From the human T2T-CHM13v2.0 reference genome, Homo sapiens, in NCBI RefSeq assembly GCF_009914755.1, contig NC_060933.1: a stretch of DNA of 64,000 nt; one strand, 5' to 3'. How positions within the stretch are numbered: position 1 is the stretch's first letter; every line of letters begins with the position of its first letter. Shown here piece by piece: positions 1 through 14,884 of the stretch. The translations under genes and the position numbers were made by a program. A model generated the notes under the pieces. That model saw nothing but the letters and a program-made list of their open reading frames with translations. It ran no database searches and had not been told where the DNA came from.

Positions 1-55
1 AAGACTCCATCTCAAAATAAATAAATACATAAATAAATTCATAAATAAATAAATG
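1..55 (+). mobile_element. Alu 3' end with (TAAA)n tail
   Basis: AAGACTCCATCTCAAAA followed by TAAA repeats. Confidence 0.9.
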
Positions 56-189
56 AAAGAAATAAAATTATATTCTTGTTTTAGTTATAACAACATTTTA
101 TATGTCTCTCAAGCCAAAGTCTAATAGCATTACAAGTTGTTTTTGCACATGTATCATCTCCCTTTAAAGGACAGATAGTTTCTTGGGAT

Positions 190-280
190 TATTCTTATTT
201 TTGTCCTTTATGAAGCCTAACCCAGCACTTTCAGCACAGCAGGCCTTCAATAAATATTTGGTAAATAAATAAATAAATGT
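190..280 (+). mobile_element. L2 3' end remnant
   Basis: cagcacagcaggccttcaataaatatttgg resembles the L2 terminal motif. Confidence 0.5.
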
Positions 281-1011
281 TCTAAATAAAGTGGATCTGC
301 AGGGACAGGTTTGTACACATAATCCCTCTACTTAGGATCCTAGTAGAATGACATACACATTCTGAATGCTCTATAAATATTTTATAATAGTAACAATGAT
401 ATAATAATTATAATTATGAATGAAGATTACTCTTAGCTCAATTTCCTGAACTAGAATTATGTCCTTCAGCCACGGAGAAAATGTATTCATACAGGGTTCC
501 AGCTTAATGTAAACAGAATTGTAACTTGATTTTTAAAATAACTAAAGCAAATGAACCAATGTGTCCTTTCCTTTCCTTTCAAACAGTTGTTTCCAGGAAC
601 CAGAAGTGTGGGGCTATCATATGCAAGTTGTGATAAATTAGGTCTTTTCCTTCAACATTTAGTCTCAAAAAAAAGAAAAAAAGGAAAAGAAGACTCCTTA
701 AGGGCAGTATGACCATGGGCAAGGGTGAGGGAACACACAGCTTTCCTTAGTAAATCTCAAGCCTCCAAGGTTGGCGTTGGAAAGGATCTGCAGGTAGCAA
801 ATCCAGCTGTCCCACTGTGCACGCCCTCCCCAGTTCACCTTTTCTCTGAGGGAGACTCATTGGTGCTCAGGTATGCATGTGACTCTTCACACACACACAC
901 ACACTCACACTCACACTCTTGCCACCATGACTTCCATTTAATGTTCAAGAATTCTTCTCTCACAGCTCTGTAAAATATTTGAGAAGGACAAAAACTTTCA
1001 AAAAACCCTTA

Positions 1012-1479
<468 letters not shown>

Positions 1480-1559
1480 TTAGGCCCTGATGGGAAACTC
1501 AGGGCACGAGATTTCTACCTGCAGCATACCCAAGGCTCATTCTGATCCAACTTACTCTG

Positions 1560-1785
1560 TGAGGTTTGATCCTTACTGCAACTTAATGAAAGAGGCACAG
1601 GTAGGTATTACTGCCATTTTACAGACAAGAAACTTGAGGCTTGGGGAGATTCAACAGTTGGGCTATTGCTATTTGCACACAATTCCAAGTATTTAGCAGA
1701 TAACTAATTGCACCACACGAAGGTCTACTACAGAAATGGGCTGATGGGGTGAAACTCGGAACCAGGGCAGATGCTCTTTAACTAC
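1560..1785 (-). mobile_element. MIR fragment
   Basis: attactgccattttacagacaagaaacttgaggct matches the MIR core in reverse. Confidence 0.65.
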
Positions 1786-1949
1786 AAAGCTTGTATAACG
1801 CGTGGTCATGTTCAGTATTAATACTAGATTAGCTTAACTGAATTCTGAGACAATGGACACAAGACAAATTAGATTTGATGAGAAAGGAGGGAGAGGAAAG
1901 GTTCTAAACATGGGCATGCTGTCAGTAGGATAGTCCTCCTTGTGACCCA

Positions 1950-2878
<929 letters not shown>

Positions 2879-3135
2879 AGAAGCCCCAGGAGCCACAGCC
2901 CCAGATGAAGCTGGCATCCCTGGGCCCAATTCCTGCTGCCACAGTTCCACTATTGCCAGCCCCCAGACCTTGGAGATCCTCCACCGCCGACAAGGCTGCT
3001 ACCAACTGCCATCCTTGCAGAGGGGGCTCCTGCAAATCTTTTACCTTGTACTTGAAGCAGGGGCCAGGGAAGAGGACTCTGGAAAGGACATGTGGGCCTG
3101 AGACACCTTAAAAACAGGAAAAGCCCTGAGGAGCA

Positions 3136-3637
3136 CGAAGGGGAAACTTTTTTACCTGTACCCTTTTGGGGACTTTTGGTTAAAACTGAGAATTACATTG
3201 ACATAGATCAATAGGAGAAATGCATACGAATTTGTTTAATATAAGTTTTGTGTGGCATAGGAGACTTTACAAGGAAATGAAGACCCAAAGATGCAATTAG
3301 AGATGAACATGTATATACTGATTTAGACAAAGAGAAGTACTTTATGAAAATGTGACAAGGAAAAGGGGCTTGCTAGTTAATTGGTGAAGAAGTGGTGAAG
3401 AGGATAAGGATTAGTCTAACAAGTTTGTTTGTAATATTTCCCTCAGACTCTTCCCCTCCTTGATGATGATAATATTTCCTTCTGGTAGAGAGAGAACATC
3501 TTTTGCATGGGAATTTTATCTGCTGCTTTTAAGAAACAGAAGGAAGGGTAGAGTGATCTTCTTGCACCTGCTGTTTTTTAAGCGCCTTTAACTCAAAATG
3601 GTCAACATGCTAGAGTAGCATATTTTTAACTCCTTCA
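3136..3637 (-). mobile_element. ERV1 solo LTR (MER34-like) in the pseudogene 5'UTR
   Basis: Reverse strand starts TGAAGGAGTTAAAAATATGCTACTC; 4-bp TSD AGCA at 3132-3135 and 3638-3641. Confidence 0.75.
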
Positions 3638-5061
3638 AGCAGCTACAACAAAATGGGGAGAAAAAATAGTTACAACTGTGGCAGTAACCTACACGTGTCA
3701 AACATCTCTCATGAAGCAAAATTAACAAGAATAATAAACAAGTGACATGTCAGCTATGGAGTTATCCTCTTACTGAAAGAGATCCCATAGATAATAGGAA
3801 TTTCAAAAAATCTGTAATGGAAACTGGCTTTAATGTAACTGGTAACTCCATAAGGCTCTTCACTCTGAACCACTCATTAACAAGTGCTTCAGTTGATGAG
3901 CAAGTTGGTTCTTATCCTGGACTGCAGATGCCATTAGGTCTCTGCTGGCCCTATGCTGATGAAGACTTTTTTAAGGATGAAAATGAGCCCCATGTTAATT
4001 CATGTTCAACTACAGAAAACAACAAGTGAAACTTTGTTTGCTCCAAATTGGAAACTGAAATATGGAAACAGCAGTGTGGAAGGAAATTTAACATATGAAG
4101 GTGATTTATCAGAAAACGAAAAGGCAAAGGATACTTTATTCAATTATATTTAAAGGAGGGACCTAAACTGAAAGCCAGAAACAACAGAAAATGTTGTAGA
4201 ATCTTTCACAGAGGAGCCAAGTGAAGTTTTTCCATACCCTGATTTTCTCCCTCCTACGGAGCTTCAGTACCCTGGACTTGCACAGATGAGGCCCTCACAA
4301 AATCTGAAAATTGGAAAGCAACAGGGGAACCTTCAGAAAGCTCTATTATTGGAAATGGAAAGATTACAACATATGACTATACAAAAAGAGAGGTCAAAGT
4401 TACAAACTACTTTCTGTACCCCAGCAGTTACTGAATGACTTTCTTCCTCCAAAGCTATACTGAGAGTGGGACAGCCAAAACTTTCTGATTCACTGAGTCT
4501 TCAGACATCTCGTGTAGATAAAAGTTGAGAAAAAAGAAAAAAAAAACCAATCGGGTTCTTTCAAGCTTGAGCAAAATGCTTCAAAATGGATTTGGAGCAA
4601 TGCTGGAAAATATAAATGAAATTCTAGACCACCAACTCTAAAAAGTTCATCCACCACAAAACAGTTGGTTGCAACTTAGGACTTTAAAACTCTTAAAAGT
4701 TCATTTTTAAATCCGTGGCAAGAACTTTCAGCAAGGACCAGACAACGCACTGACTGGTTAAAGTGGCCTCAATAAGGTGTCTGCCCCCAAGGTTTTCAGT
4801 ACCAGTCTCCATCTTTTCTTGAAAATGAGAAGAAATAAATCAAGGCACCAAGAACCAATCACAAACTTTATAAAAAAAAAATAGTGTTGCATAGACCATT
4901 CTATATTTAGAAGCTATTTGTTGCCTTCATTTATAGCTAAGGGCTTATGTATTGACTAAAAATAATTCTTTTCTTTCATATATCTCAGTGTGAGCAAATC
5001 TATTCCAAGAAGCCCAGCTAAAATATGGTTCATTGTTCCCAGATACAGGTATTCGCCCACG

Positions 5062-5066
5062 CACAG

Positions 5067-5098
<32 letters not shown>
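5062..5098. repeat. (CA)n microsatellite
   Basis: Direct reading. Confidence 0.95.
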
Positions 5099-5180
5099 CC
5101 CAATTGCTTGATATGATATCGATTGGAATTTGTGAAAATTACTGCTGAGAGTATTTTAATTTTCTTAATTGTTACTTTTT

Positions 5181-5305
5181 AAAAAAATAGAGATGAGGTC
5201 TCACTTTATTGCCCAGGCTGGTCTCAATCCAATTCCTGGGCTCAAGCTATCCTCCTGCTTTGGGATCTCCAAATGATGGGATTATAGGCACAAGCGCCCA
5301 GCCTC
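5181..5305 (-). mobile_element. Alu left monomer (FLAM/AluJ-like)
   Basis: agagatgaggtctcactttattgcccaggctggtctc...gggattataggc. Confidence 0.85.
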
Positions 5306-5480
5306 GCGAGAGTCTTTATATAAATCCAAGGGCTTCTATGCTGACATGTTTGACAATCTTTCGCATGTTATATTTCAAGAAATGTTTCACTTAGTAAACG
5401 GTTCTATTCAAAGATTGTTCTTTTGTGACAGTTTTCCAGTATAATTCTATCATCAGTAAATGGTATAATGGGTAGGGGGA

Positions 5481-5825
5481 GGAAGAAAGTACTGAAACAT
5501 ACTACAGCATGGATGAGCCTTGCAACTATTATGTTAAGTGAAAGAAGCTAGTAGCATGTTGTTATGTTCCTAGTTATATGCAACGTCCAGAATCAGCAAA
5601 TCCATAGAGACAGAAAGTAAATTAGTGGTAGCCAGCGGCTGGGAGTAGGGAGGAATGGGGAGTGACTAATGGGTATGGGGTTTCTTACTGGGATGTCAAT
5701 GTTCTGGAATTAGTGGTGATGGTTGTGTGACTTTGGGAATATATTCAAAACCACTGAATTATACATTTTGGGAGTAAATTGTATGGCATGTGAATTGTAT
5801 GTCAATAAAATAACTAAATTAAAAA
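5481..5825 (+). mobile_element. L1MB-like 3'UTR, right part of the L1 split at 2878
   Basis: gtactgaaacatactacagcatggatgagcc...caaatccatagagacagaaagtaaattagtgg...tcaataaaa. Confidence 0.85.
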
Positions 5826-5986
5826 TGAAATTTCAAGTATAAATCCACTAAAAATTCAGAATCTGCCATACTTTTGATTGATTCGTTTTGCTTACTCTTG
5901 AGGGCCTATCAATGTTTACTGACTAAATGCAAAGAGGGAGAAATAAAGGAGAGGTGAAGGCTGGGAATTCTGGGGATGGAGAGCAC

Positions 5987-6281
5987 TTTTTTTTTTTTTT
6001 TCTTAGAGTCGTGCTCTGTCGCCCAGGCCAAAGTGCAGTGGCATGATCTCGGCTCACTGCAACCTCAGCTTCCCGGGTTCAAGGATTCTCCTGCCTCAGC
6101 CTCCCGAGTAGCTGGGATTACAGGTGCACGTCACCACGCCCAGCGAATTTTTTTGTATTTTTTAGTAGACATGGGGTTTCACCATGTTGGCCAGGCCGGT
6201 GTTGAACTCCTGGCCTCAAGTGATCCACCCATCTCGGCCTCACAAAGTGCTGGGATTATAGGTGTGAGCCAGTGCACCCGG
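5987..6281 (-). mobile_element. AluS
   Basis: Poly(T) then full reverse Alu. Confidence 0.95.
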
Positions 6282-6292
6282 TCGAGGGCACT

Positions 6293-6632
<340 letters not shown>

Positions 6633-7329
6633 TGATATCTCATCCCTTATCACCATGCAAACAATTCTCCTTTTCATAGAAGAGTAGACATTTGGGGCGG
6701 GGTGGTGGTGGTGGGGGATTTTAGAAAATATCTACTGCATCCAAATGCCCTACTCTACAGACGAAAAAGCAAGGCCCAGGAGGAGGAAAGAGTTTGCTTA
6801 CTGCCACCCAGTGAGCTGGCAAAGGCGCTGAGATTCAAAATGAGCTTTCCTGCCTTCACATATCTTCCGGCTGCCCTTTGCCTATTCCCTAAACAGTCAG
6901 GAGCCATCAAGTTCAGGAATTTGCAGGTGTGCTTCGCTGTGAACTGTGGAAAAGCAGCGTCTTCTCCCCAGAGGCAAGCATGTCGCCTTGTGAAGTTTGA
7001 TGGCTCTTCACTTGCACACTCACAAAAAAGACTGAGCGTGTGTAACGCCCTGCTGGATGTGTGCGGTGCTAGAGAGCTTGGGGGTGAGGGGAGGACTCTC
7101 TCCCTTAAGAAAATCAGTTGACTGCAGAGCTAACATTGTTTTTTGAGTAATACCTGGTTTTTATAAAGTCGTCCCTTCAGTTCCCAAGCTCCTCTTCTGT
7201 TTGTTCAAGCCACCTTCAATTTGAAAAAGACTGAAGTCACAGCTTCTCAATCCCTACTAATTTCTCATGGACCTACTGGATTGCTCCAAATCGAGTATTT
7301 GGGACTGAACTAGGAAGCCAGTTCAATCC

Positions 7330-9250
7330 TGAGCCCCCGAGGCAGGCGTTGGGTCTTCTGTGGAGTCCCCAGAGACCTGCAACCTTCTGAACACGCATCC
7401 TCCCCTTTCCGCCGAGGACTCTGTCCTGCAGCCGAGCCAGGGCGAATGCACGGAGGTCACAAGGGAGGTGCCCTTGGAGGCGGGAGGTTTCTGGCCGCCG
7501 GGGCGACCGTGCTGACGAGGCACCTGCAGGAAACAGAGCTCTGCACGCTCCGGTCCCCCTCACCCGGGGAGGGAGAGGAGGTACAGAGGCGCTGGGGGAG
7601 GACGTCGAGCAGGCCAGCCTCGTTGCCAGAACCCCCGCCCCAGCCGGAGATGGGAGCACCGCACCGTCTCACGGGGGCTGGATTTCTTCTCCCCTTGCGG
7701 GTGTGTGTGCGAGGATGGACGTGGTAAATACGGGTTGGCAGAAGGAGCGAACCGCGGTGGAGGAAGTTCTTCTGCTTAGTTCTCGCCGCGGCGAGGCCCG
7801 CGGGCCAGGCGCGGCGACGAAGGTGCACGAAGGTGCCCCGCGGGCCTGGTGGAGTTGCAGCGGCGCGCAGGCGCACTGAGGGCCGCCCGCGGCCGGCTCC
7901 GCGGTACAAAGAGCGCCCCCGCGGGGAGCCGGGCGTCCTCTGGGCGGAGGGAGCAGCCGGGGCTTCGCCGGCCCGCGCCGTTCTTCTCACGCGCCGCTCC
8001 GGGGCGCAGCCACAGCTGTCGCCCACCGCGGGTGAGAGGCTTGCTGGTCCGCCCCGGCTTCCCCGCCCCGGCGGCGGCCGTGCGGTTCGGGCTTTAATTC
8101 TGGCGCTTGCCAGCCGGGGCCGACTCCGCCCCCTGCGCCCCGCCCTTCCCCGAGCTCCGGGTCCGCGGCGGAGCGAGCGAGCGGCCGGCAGGTTGGGAGG
8201 AGCGGCCGAAGGTGAGTGACGCGGCGGGGCCGTGCCGCGCCCCGTGCCGCGCTGCGCCCCGTGCCGCGGCGAGGTTGTCCCGGAGCGCGAGGCCCCTACC
8301 CCTGCCTCGGGCTGGCCCCGCGCGGAGCCGACTTGGCGCGCGCCGGGGTTGCGCGGCGGCCGTGGCGGTGGCGGAGGGCAGCCCCCGCGGGCTCCCGCTC
8401 GTGCGGGTGAACCCGGCGGCCTCGGGGCGGTCCTGGGGGGGGGTCCGAGAGGTGGCGTCGGCCCCGCGGCCGTCGGAGTTTGGCGCGCTCTGCAGCGGCG
8501 GCGCTCGGCCGGTCTGGAGGAGGGAGAGGCGCGCCGGGCACGGAGCAGCGAGAAAGTTCGGGCCGGGCCGGCCGGCGGGAGGGTGCGGGCGCCTGGCTAC
8601 CCCGGCCCGGCGCTCTGTCCCTCGGATGCCTCTGGGCCCTTCCCTAGCCCGGGGCGGAACGGGGGACCCTCTCTGAAGCGGCTCTCCGTGGAGTTGGATG
8701 TTGCCCTTCGCGGGAGGGAGTGGCGGTCAAGACCCCTTTATCCTCGGCCCCAGAGGGGCAGGTGGCCTCGGGTCGCCCTCCGCCAACTCCGAGGTGGCTT
8801 CGGCCGGGGCTGGAGGGCGGGGAGGCGGGGGAGGGGCGTGGGCGCTGCGGCCTCTGGGGCGGCCCAACCCGGCGCGGGCAGCGTGGGTTTCCGAGGTCCC
8901 GCGGTTCCAGGTCGAGGGAAGGTGTAGGGGCCCTGAAGCGGGCTGGTCCCCGAATGTTGCGTTTTCTGTGCCGCTTTGGGCAACACGCAGTGGCGCTCGC
9001 GGCAGCCACGGCTCCTTGACCGTTCATCTCCTTCACCCGGGTCCCGTGGAACTTTCAGAGGCAACTGTTCTTGGTGGCTCTTGCGGGTCAGCACGAGCCG
9101 TGCTGCACGAGCGTGACCTAGTGAAGGCCTTGGGCGAGTTGGCGTTAACAATTTATGGCGTCCGCCAGCGCTCGCTTTCCGCACGTGGCCTCTGCGGAGG
9201 GTCAGCCCATCTTATTAAATAGTGGATTCTATTAGACCCTGATACCCGAG
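7330..9250. promoter_or_regulatory. KANK1: CpG island / KANK1 promoter
   Basis: Very high GC and CpG density over ~1.9 kb, multiple GC boxes (CCGCCC), no TATA box; contains the first exon and donor. Confidence 0.9.
8150..8211 (+). other. KANK1: KANK1 non-coding first exon (5'UTR); start approximate
   Basis: GAGCGAGCGAGCGGCCGGCAGGTTGGGAGGAGCGGCCGAAG matches my recollection of the KANK1 mRNA 5' end; consensus donor AAG|GTGAGT at 8212; neighbouring FAM217A and U6 pseudogenes fit the recalled 9p24.3 layout. Confidence 0.8.
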
Positions 9251-9474
9251 GCTAATAAGGAAGCTTAATCATCCAGATGTGTAATCGTGCAGTTCCTTTC
9301 CTCACCGTCATTGCCCCCCACCTCTGGAGCTGAATGGAAATGAGGGTCTGTTTGCTTATATTGAATTCCTGAGTTTATTCAAGTTCATTTTTAGGTGGCG
9401 TTAACAGCTAAGTAGCTGTTCATCTGCCAGTTTCTCCTTTCATCCAACTTTCTCTACTAAAATGTTGAGCACGT

Positions 9475-9660
9475 TTTATTTAAAAAAAATTGAAGTGTAA
9501 TAAACATATAAATTTACTCTTCTAAGGTCAAAATTCAGTGGTTTTTAATATATCCGTAAAGTTATGAAATCATCACTACCATCTGATTCCATTTCGTTGC
9601 CCCCAAAAAGAACCCCTATACCGATTAGCAGTCATTCTTCCATCTCCCAGCCCTTCTCCC
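9475..9660 (-). mobile_element. Old L1 3'UTR fragment
   Basis: aattcagtggtttttaatatatcc...ccccaaaaagaacccctataccgattagcagtca. Confidence 0.7.
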
Positions 9661-10001
9661 TCATTTTAAGGCAGCTACTTAGGAAGTTTTTCTAAGATAG
9701 AGACTGAGTGAGAAAACTGAGAGGTGATTAACTTTGATCCTTTTTCTGTTACTAGGTTTGGGGAAAGGTGCTGCTGAAGCAATGGAAGAAAAATTAAGTA
9801 TTGGCTGTCCTATGGGGAGGTTAAAATGAATAAGGATGGAAGAGAAGCTGCCAGTAGAGGAATAATTGCCTCCTGTAGAGACCCACAAGTTGGGAATACA
9901 TTTTATCCCCTTAGGGCACAGGGATGCTTTCTGGGCTCTAGACTTGCCTAGTCCATAAATCACTCTAGTCGAGGTTCTGCCTCAGCGAAAGTGAGTTCTG
10001 G

Positions 10002-10037
10002 GTGTGTGTGTGTGTGTGTGTGCGTGTGCGTGCGCGC
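10002..10037. repeat. (TG)n/(CG)n alternating purine-pyrimidine tract
   Basis: gtgtgtgtgtgtgtgtgtgtgcgtgtgcgtgcgcgc. Confidence 0.9.
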
Positions 10038-10600
10038 TCGGCAGGGAATGTTAGAAGGAAAAAAGACTAGGCTTAAAAGTAATTTTTTAAAATATCCAAA
10101 CTGGCCCCAAAGAAAGAAACCAAAAAACCACAGGCAAATGGCCACTGGAATTGATACATTCAAGACTAGTTTCATTTCATGAGTATCAGTTCACAAATAG
10201 TTCTGAGTTAATGTGTGCATACATTAACTTTTTATCCCAAGTGGGAGGAGGAGGATGGAAAAGGATCTAGTTGGGGGCAGTGCAAGGAACTGGGAAGAGG
10301 AATGGGATAATGGCCGAAAGGGGCAGTGCTTGTGGGAGCTGAGGACTGTTGAGATGGAATAACTATAGGGTGAGCAGATTCTGAAAGAGCAGAGTGGGTC
10401 TGTGAAAAGTTGGACACTTCACTCGGGCTTTTTGTTGGATAATGTGTGCATGTTTTAAAAATCATTTTTAGTAAGGAGAGTTGAAGCTATCCAAATTATG
10501 CAACATCCACTACACTTCTCACTCACCCTTCAATAAGAAAAGTCAACTTGTTTTCAAGTGTTTCGGGAAGTTTTAGGCCTGTTGCATGGGTGACAGCTTA

Positions 10601-11909
<1,309 letters not shown>

Positions 11910-11929
11910 TGTAGCTATACATCTTAAGA

Positions 11930-12510
11930 GTACATCTTCACAAATTGTCACAAAGTGAACATAAACATATAACAAGTACTCACGGAAAGAACCAAAATAT
12001 TGCCAGCATTGCAGAAGTGCCCCTATACTCTTGTCCAATCACTGCCCCTCCCGAAGAGTAACCGTTGTGCCAACTGTGGATTAGTTTTATCTGTTTTCAT
12101 GCTCTACACAGACTCACACGGTATATAGCTTTTAGTATCCTGGTTTCTTTCTCAACATTATATTTGTGAGATTCAGCTGTGTTGTTGCTTGTGGCTGTAG
12201 TTCAGTTATTTTCACTGCTGTGTAATATTCAATTGTATGACTACAATTTATCAATTTTTAGGTTTGAGGGGCATTTACATAGTTTCCAGTTTCTTACATG
12301 GTAAGTAGTGTGACTATGAACATTCTAATTCTAGTACACGTCTTGATACACAATATCCAATACAAATGTGTACATTTGTACAAATTCTATTCAGAAGTAG
12401 AATTTCCCAGTTCCAAACTAGGATTCAGTTTAGAGGTACAGTCATGCGGATTTCTGAAGTGGTTGTAGAGTTTATACTTCTACCCGTAGTGTGAGAGAGT
12501 TCTGTTGTGT
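11930..12510 (-). mobile_element. Old L1 (L1ME-like) fragment
   Basis: ctcaacattatatttgtgagattcagctgtgttgttgc...ttttcactgctgtgtaatattc. Confidence 0.7.
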
Positions 12511-12572
12511 CCTTTTTAAATTGGAAGAGCAGTAGATCTGCAGAGTTTGGCAAATGGACAAAATATGACCTA

Positions 12573-12863
12573 TTTATTATTTTTTTTTTGGAGGCGGAGT
12601 CTTGCTCTGTCACCAGGATGAGTGCAGTGGCGCGATCTTGACTCACTGGAACCTCTGCCTCCTGAGTTCAAGCAATTCTCCTGCCTCAGCCTCCCGATTA
12701 GCTGGAACTACAGGCACACGCCACCACGCCCAGCTAATTTTTGTACTTTTAGTAGACACGGGGTTTCACCATGTTGGCCGGGATGGTCTCCATCTCCTGA
12801 CCTCGTGATCCACCCACCTCGGCCTCCCAAAGTGCTGTGATTACAGGCGTGAGCCACTGGCCC
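12573..12863 (-). mobile_element. AluS (Sc-like)
   Basis: Full reverse Alu; TSD AATATGACCTAT. Confidence 0.95.
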
Positions 12864-13273
12864 AATATGACCTATATTTACCCCATCCTAGCAGACTAAT
12901 TATTTGTTGTCTTCACTTCCAGTGCTTTTCCATGTCTGTTCATGTTTTTATGAAGTCACAATTCTAATATTCAATTTTGTATTTTGTTTCTTAACACAGT
13001 ATCTTAATATTGCTTCAGTCTCTGACTTTTTAATCCCTGCATATGCCTAAGGATATGCTTTCATTTAATAATCCTCTTATTAGAAATGTGTGTTAATTTC
13101 TGGTGTTTTACTAGTACATACCGTTGTGGAAATCATCTTTGTGCATATAGTTTTTACCTCCCTCTTGGGTATTTCATAAATTTGAGATTTTTGTTTATGT
13201 GGCTTGGGATCTTTGTTAAACTGCTGCCTGCAGAGTTATCCTTGAACCTAATATGGAATTGATTAAAGAAATC

Positions 13274-13584
13274 TTTTTTATTTTTTTGAGACAGGATATC
13301 ATTGTGTCACCCAGGCTGGAGTGCAGTGACAGGATCAGAGCTCGCTGTAACCGTGAACTGCTGGGCCCAAGCAATCCTCCCGCCTCAGCCTGCCTCCCGA
13401 GTAGCTGGGACTACAGGCATGTGCCACTGCACTCAGCTAATTTTTCCTTTTTTTTTTTTTTAGTTGTAGAGATGGGGTCTTGCTAGGTTGTCCAGGCGGG
13501 TCTCAAACTCCTGGCCTCAAACAATCCTCCCTCCTTGCCCTCCTAAAAGTGCTGGGATTACAGGTGTGAGCCACTGCACCCAGT
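13274..13584 (-). mobile_element. AluJ
   Basis: Full reverse Alu; TSD AAGAAATCTTT. Confidence 0.93.
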
Positions 13585-14884
13585 CTAAGAAATCTTTAAA
13601 TTGCTAATATGTTACCTGCAAAAGGGTGTCTCATTGGGTTAAATTGCAATTCTGAAAATAATGGTGAGGTTGACCATGATAACTTCTTTAAAAATAGCAT
13701 AAATTGAACCTTTGTGGCAATTTCATTTAGGTATCACTGATTAATTTTCTTTATATGGTCCTGTTTACAAAGGTATTGAGCCAAGAGCTTGAAAGGATAT
13801 AAGAAGGATCATACCATTAAGTAGTTGATTGTCCAGAAATTATATCTAATAATTAAAAATACCAGTTAGGCAAAATTCTTACACATGACCAAGGAGTGTT
13901 CATTCTACAAATGCAGTGCTTGTTTAAGTTCTGAGGGAGAAGTCTTTCTTGTCTAGATGATTAGGAGCTGCTTCCCCCAAAAGTAAGACTTGAGCTCAGC
14001 TTTAAGGAGTCTCTAGAAATTGGCTAGGGAGCAGACATCACTAAAGAGACACTGAGCCTTCTCAAGGAGAGAGATCAGCGGTGCATAGGGAGAGCCCCGG
14101 TTGACCACTGGACAGTGGGGTTGGTGATGCTGGCTTCCTTACTATTCTTTTTCTGGAAGATACCGAAAATAAATGAACTAATATATAGGCCGAAAAAAGT
14201 ACTTGGAGGATTTTGGGAGAAAGCTGTTTGGTACATTCAAGTCAGCATCATGGGGTTTAATGGTAAACACCTGCCAGAGATTAGAATGCAGTAGGCTGCT
14301 TTTTTGCCTAATTATAGATCTTAACTCCTTTCCCCTCAGGTAAAATTCAGTGATAATTTCTCTAAGATGAAGGCTGCTAGACCAGCCTTCATTCAGAATA
14401 AGCCAATATCACTTAACTTTAGTAAACAGTACTTAAATTTGTATTATGTGCAAGGCCCTGGTGGGGGAAATCAGAGACTAGAAAGCTAAGAGTTCATAGG
14501 GAATGAATGTATAATGATGCAAAATTGTATTAATAGGCAAAATGTTAGAAATACTCAATATCGATACAAAAGGTTCACTCTGGAAAGGAAAGGGATGGAG
14601 AAATTAATGCTGAGTAGAGAGATCTGGGTGATATTTAGGGGGATTTGGCCTTGAAAAATGTGTATGGGTGGGAATTAGAGTAAAGGGCACTGCATTTAGG
14701 CAATAGGTTTTGAAAAAGTAAAAGGTGGCAGTGCTTGACACATAATACCATGGTCAGTCATAGGCTTGGAGACCCAGGTGAATGGCAATTTGAGATTGTA
14801 CCTTTCTTCCTGTGACTTGTGACTGCTGAGCCAGCCTGGTGATCTCTGTGGAAATATTGTAGGTGTAGGCCCAGGCTGGCTACT

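Larger units (their letters stand above)
2879..5480 (+). pseudogene. FAM217AP1: FAM217A processed pseudogene (probably FAM217AP1); ancestral CDS ~3653-4965 with frameshifts and stops
   Basis: Intronless translation MGRKNSYNCGSNLHVSNISHE..QLWSYPL..GLQMPLGLCWPYADEDFFK..APNWKLKYGNSSVE..DLSENEK..FPYPDFLPP..WSNAGKY matches FAM217A as I recall it; flanked by the two halves of one L1. Inclusion of the UTR portions is inferred. Confidence 0.85.

Noticed and set aside
3742-4153. ORFs 3742-4029 and 3953-4153 as a live FAM217-like gene
   Set aside because: They are fragments of one reading frame broken by frameshifts and stops; pseudogene.
7273-9222. Long overlapping ORFs (up to 231 aa) on both strands
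   Set aside because: Arg/Gly/Pro/Ala-rich products are expected from stop-codon scarcity in a CpG island; many have non-ATG starts, cross the exon-1 donor and resemble no known domain.
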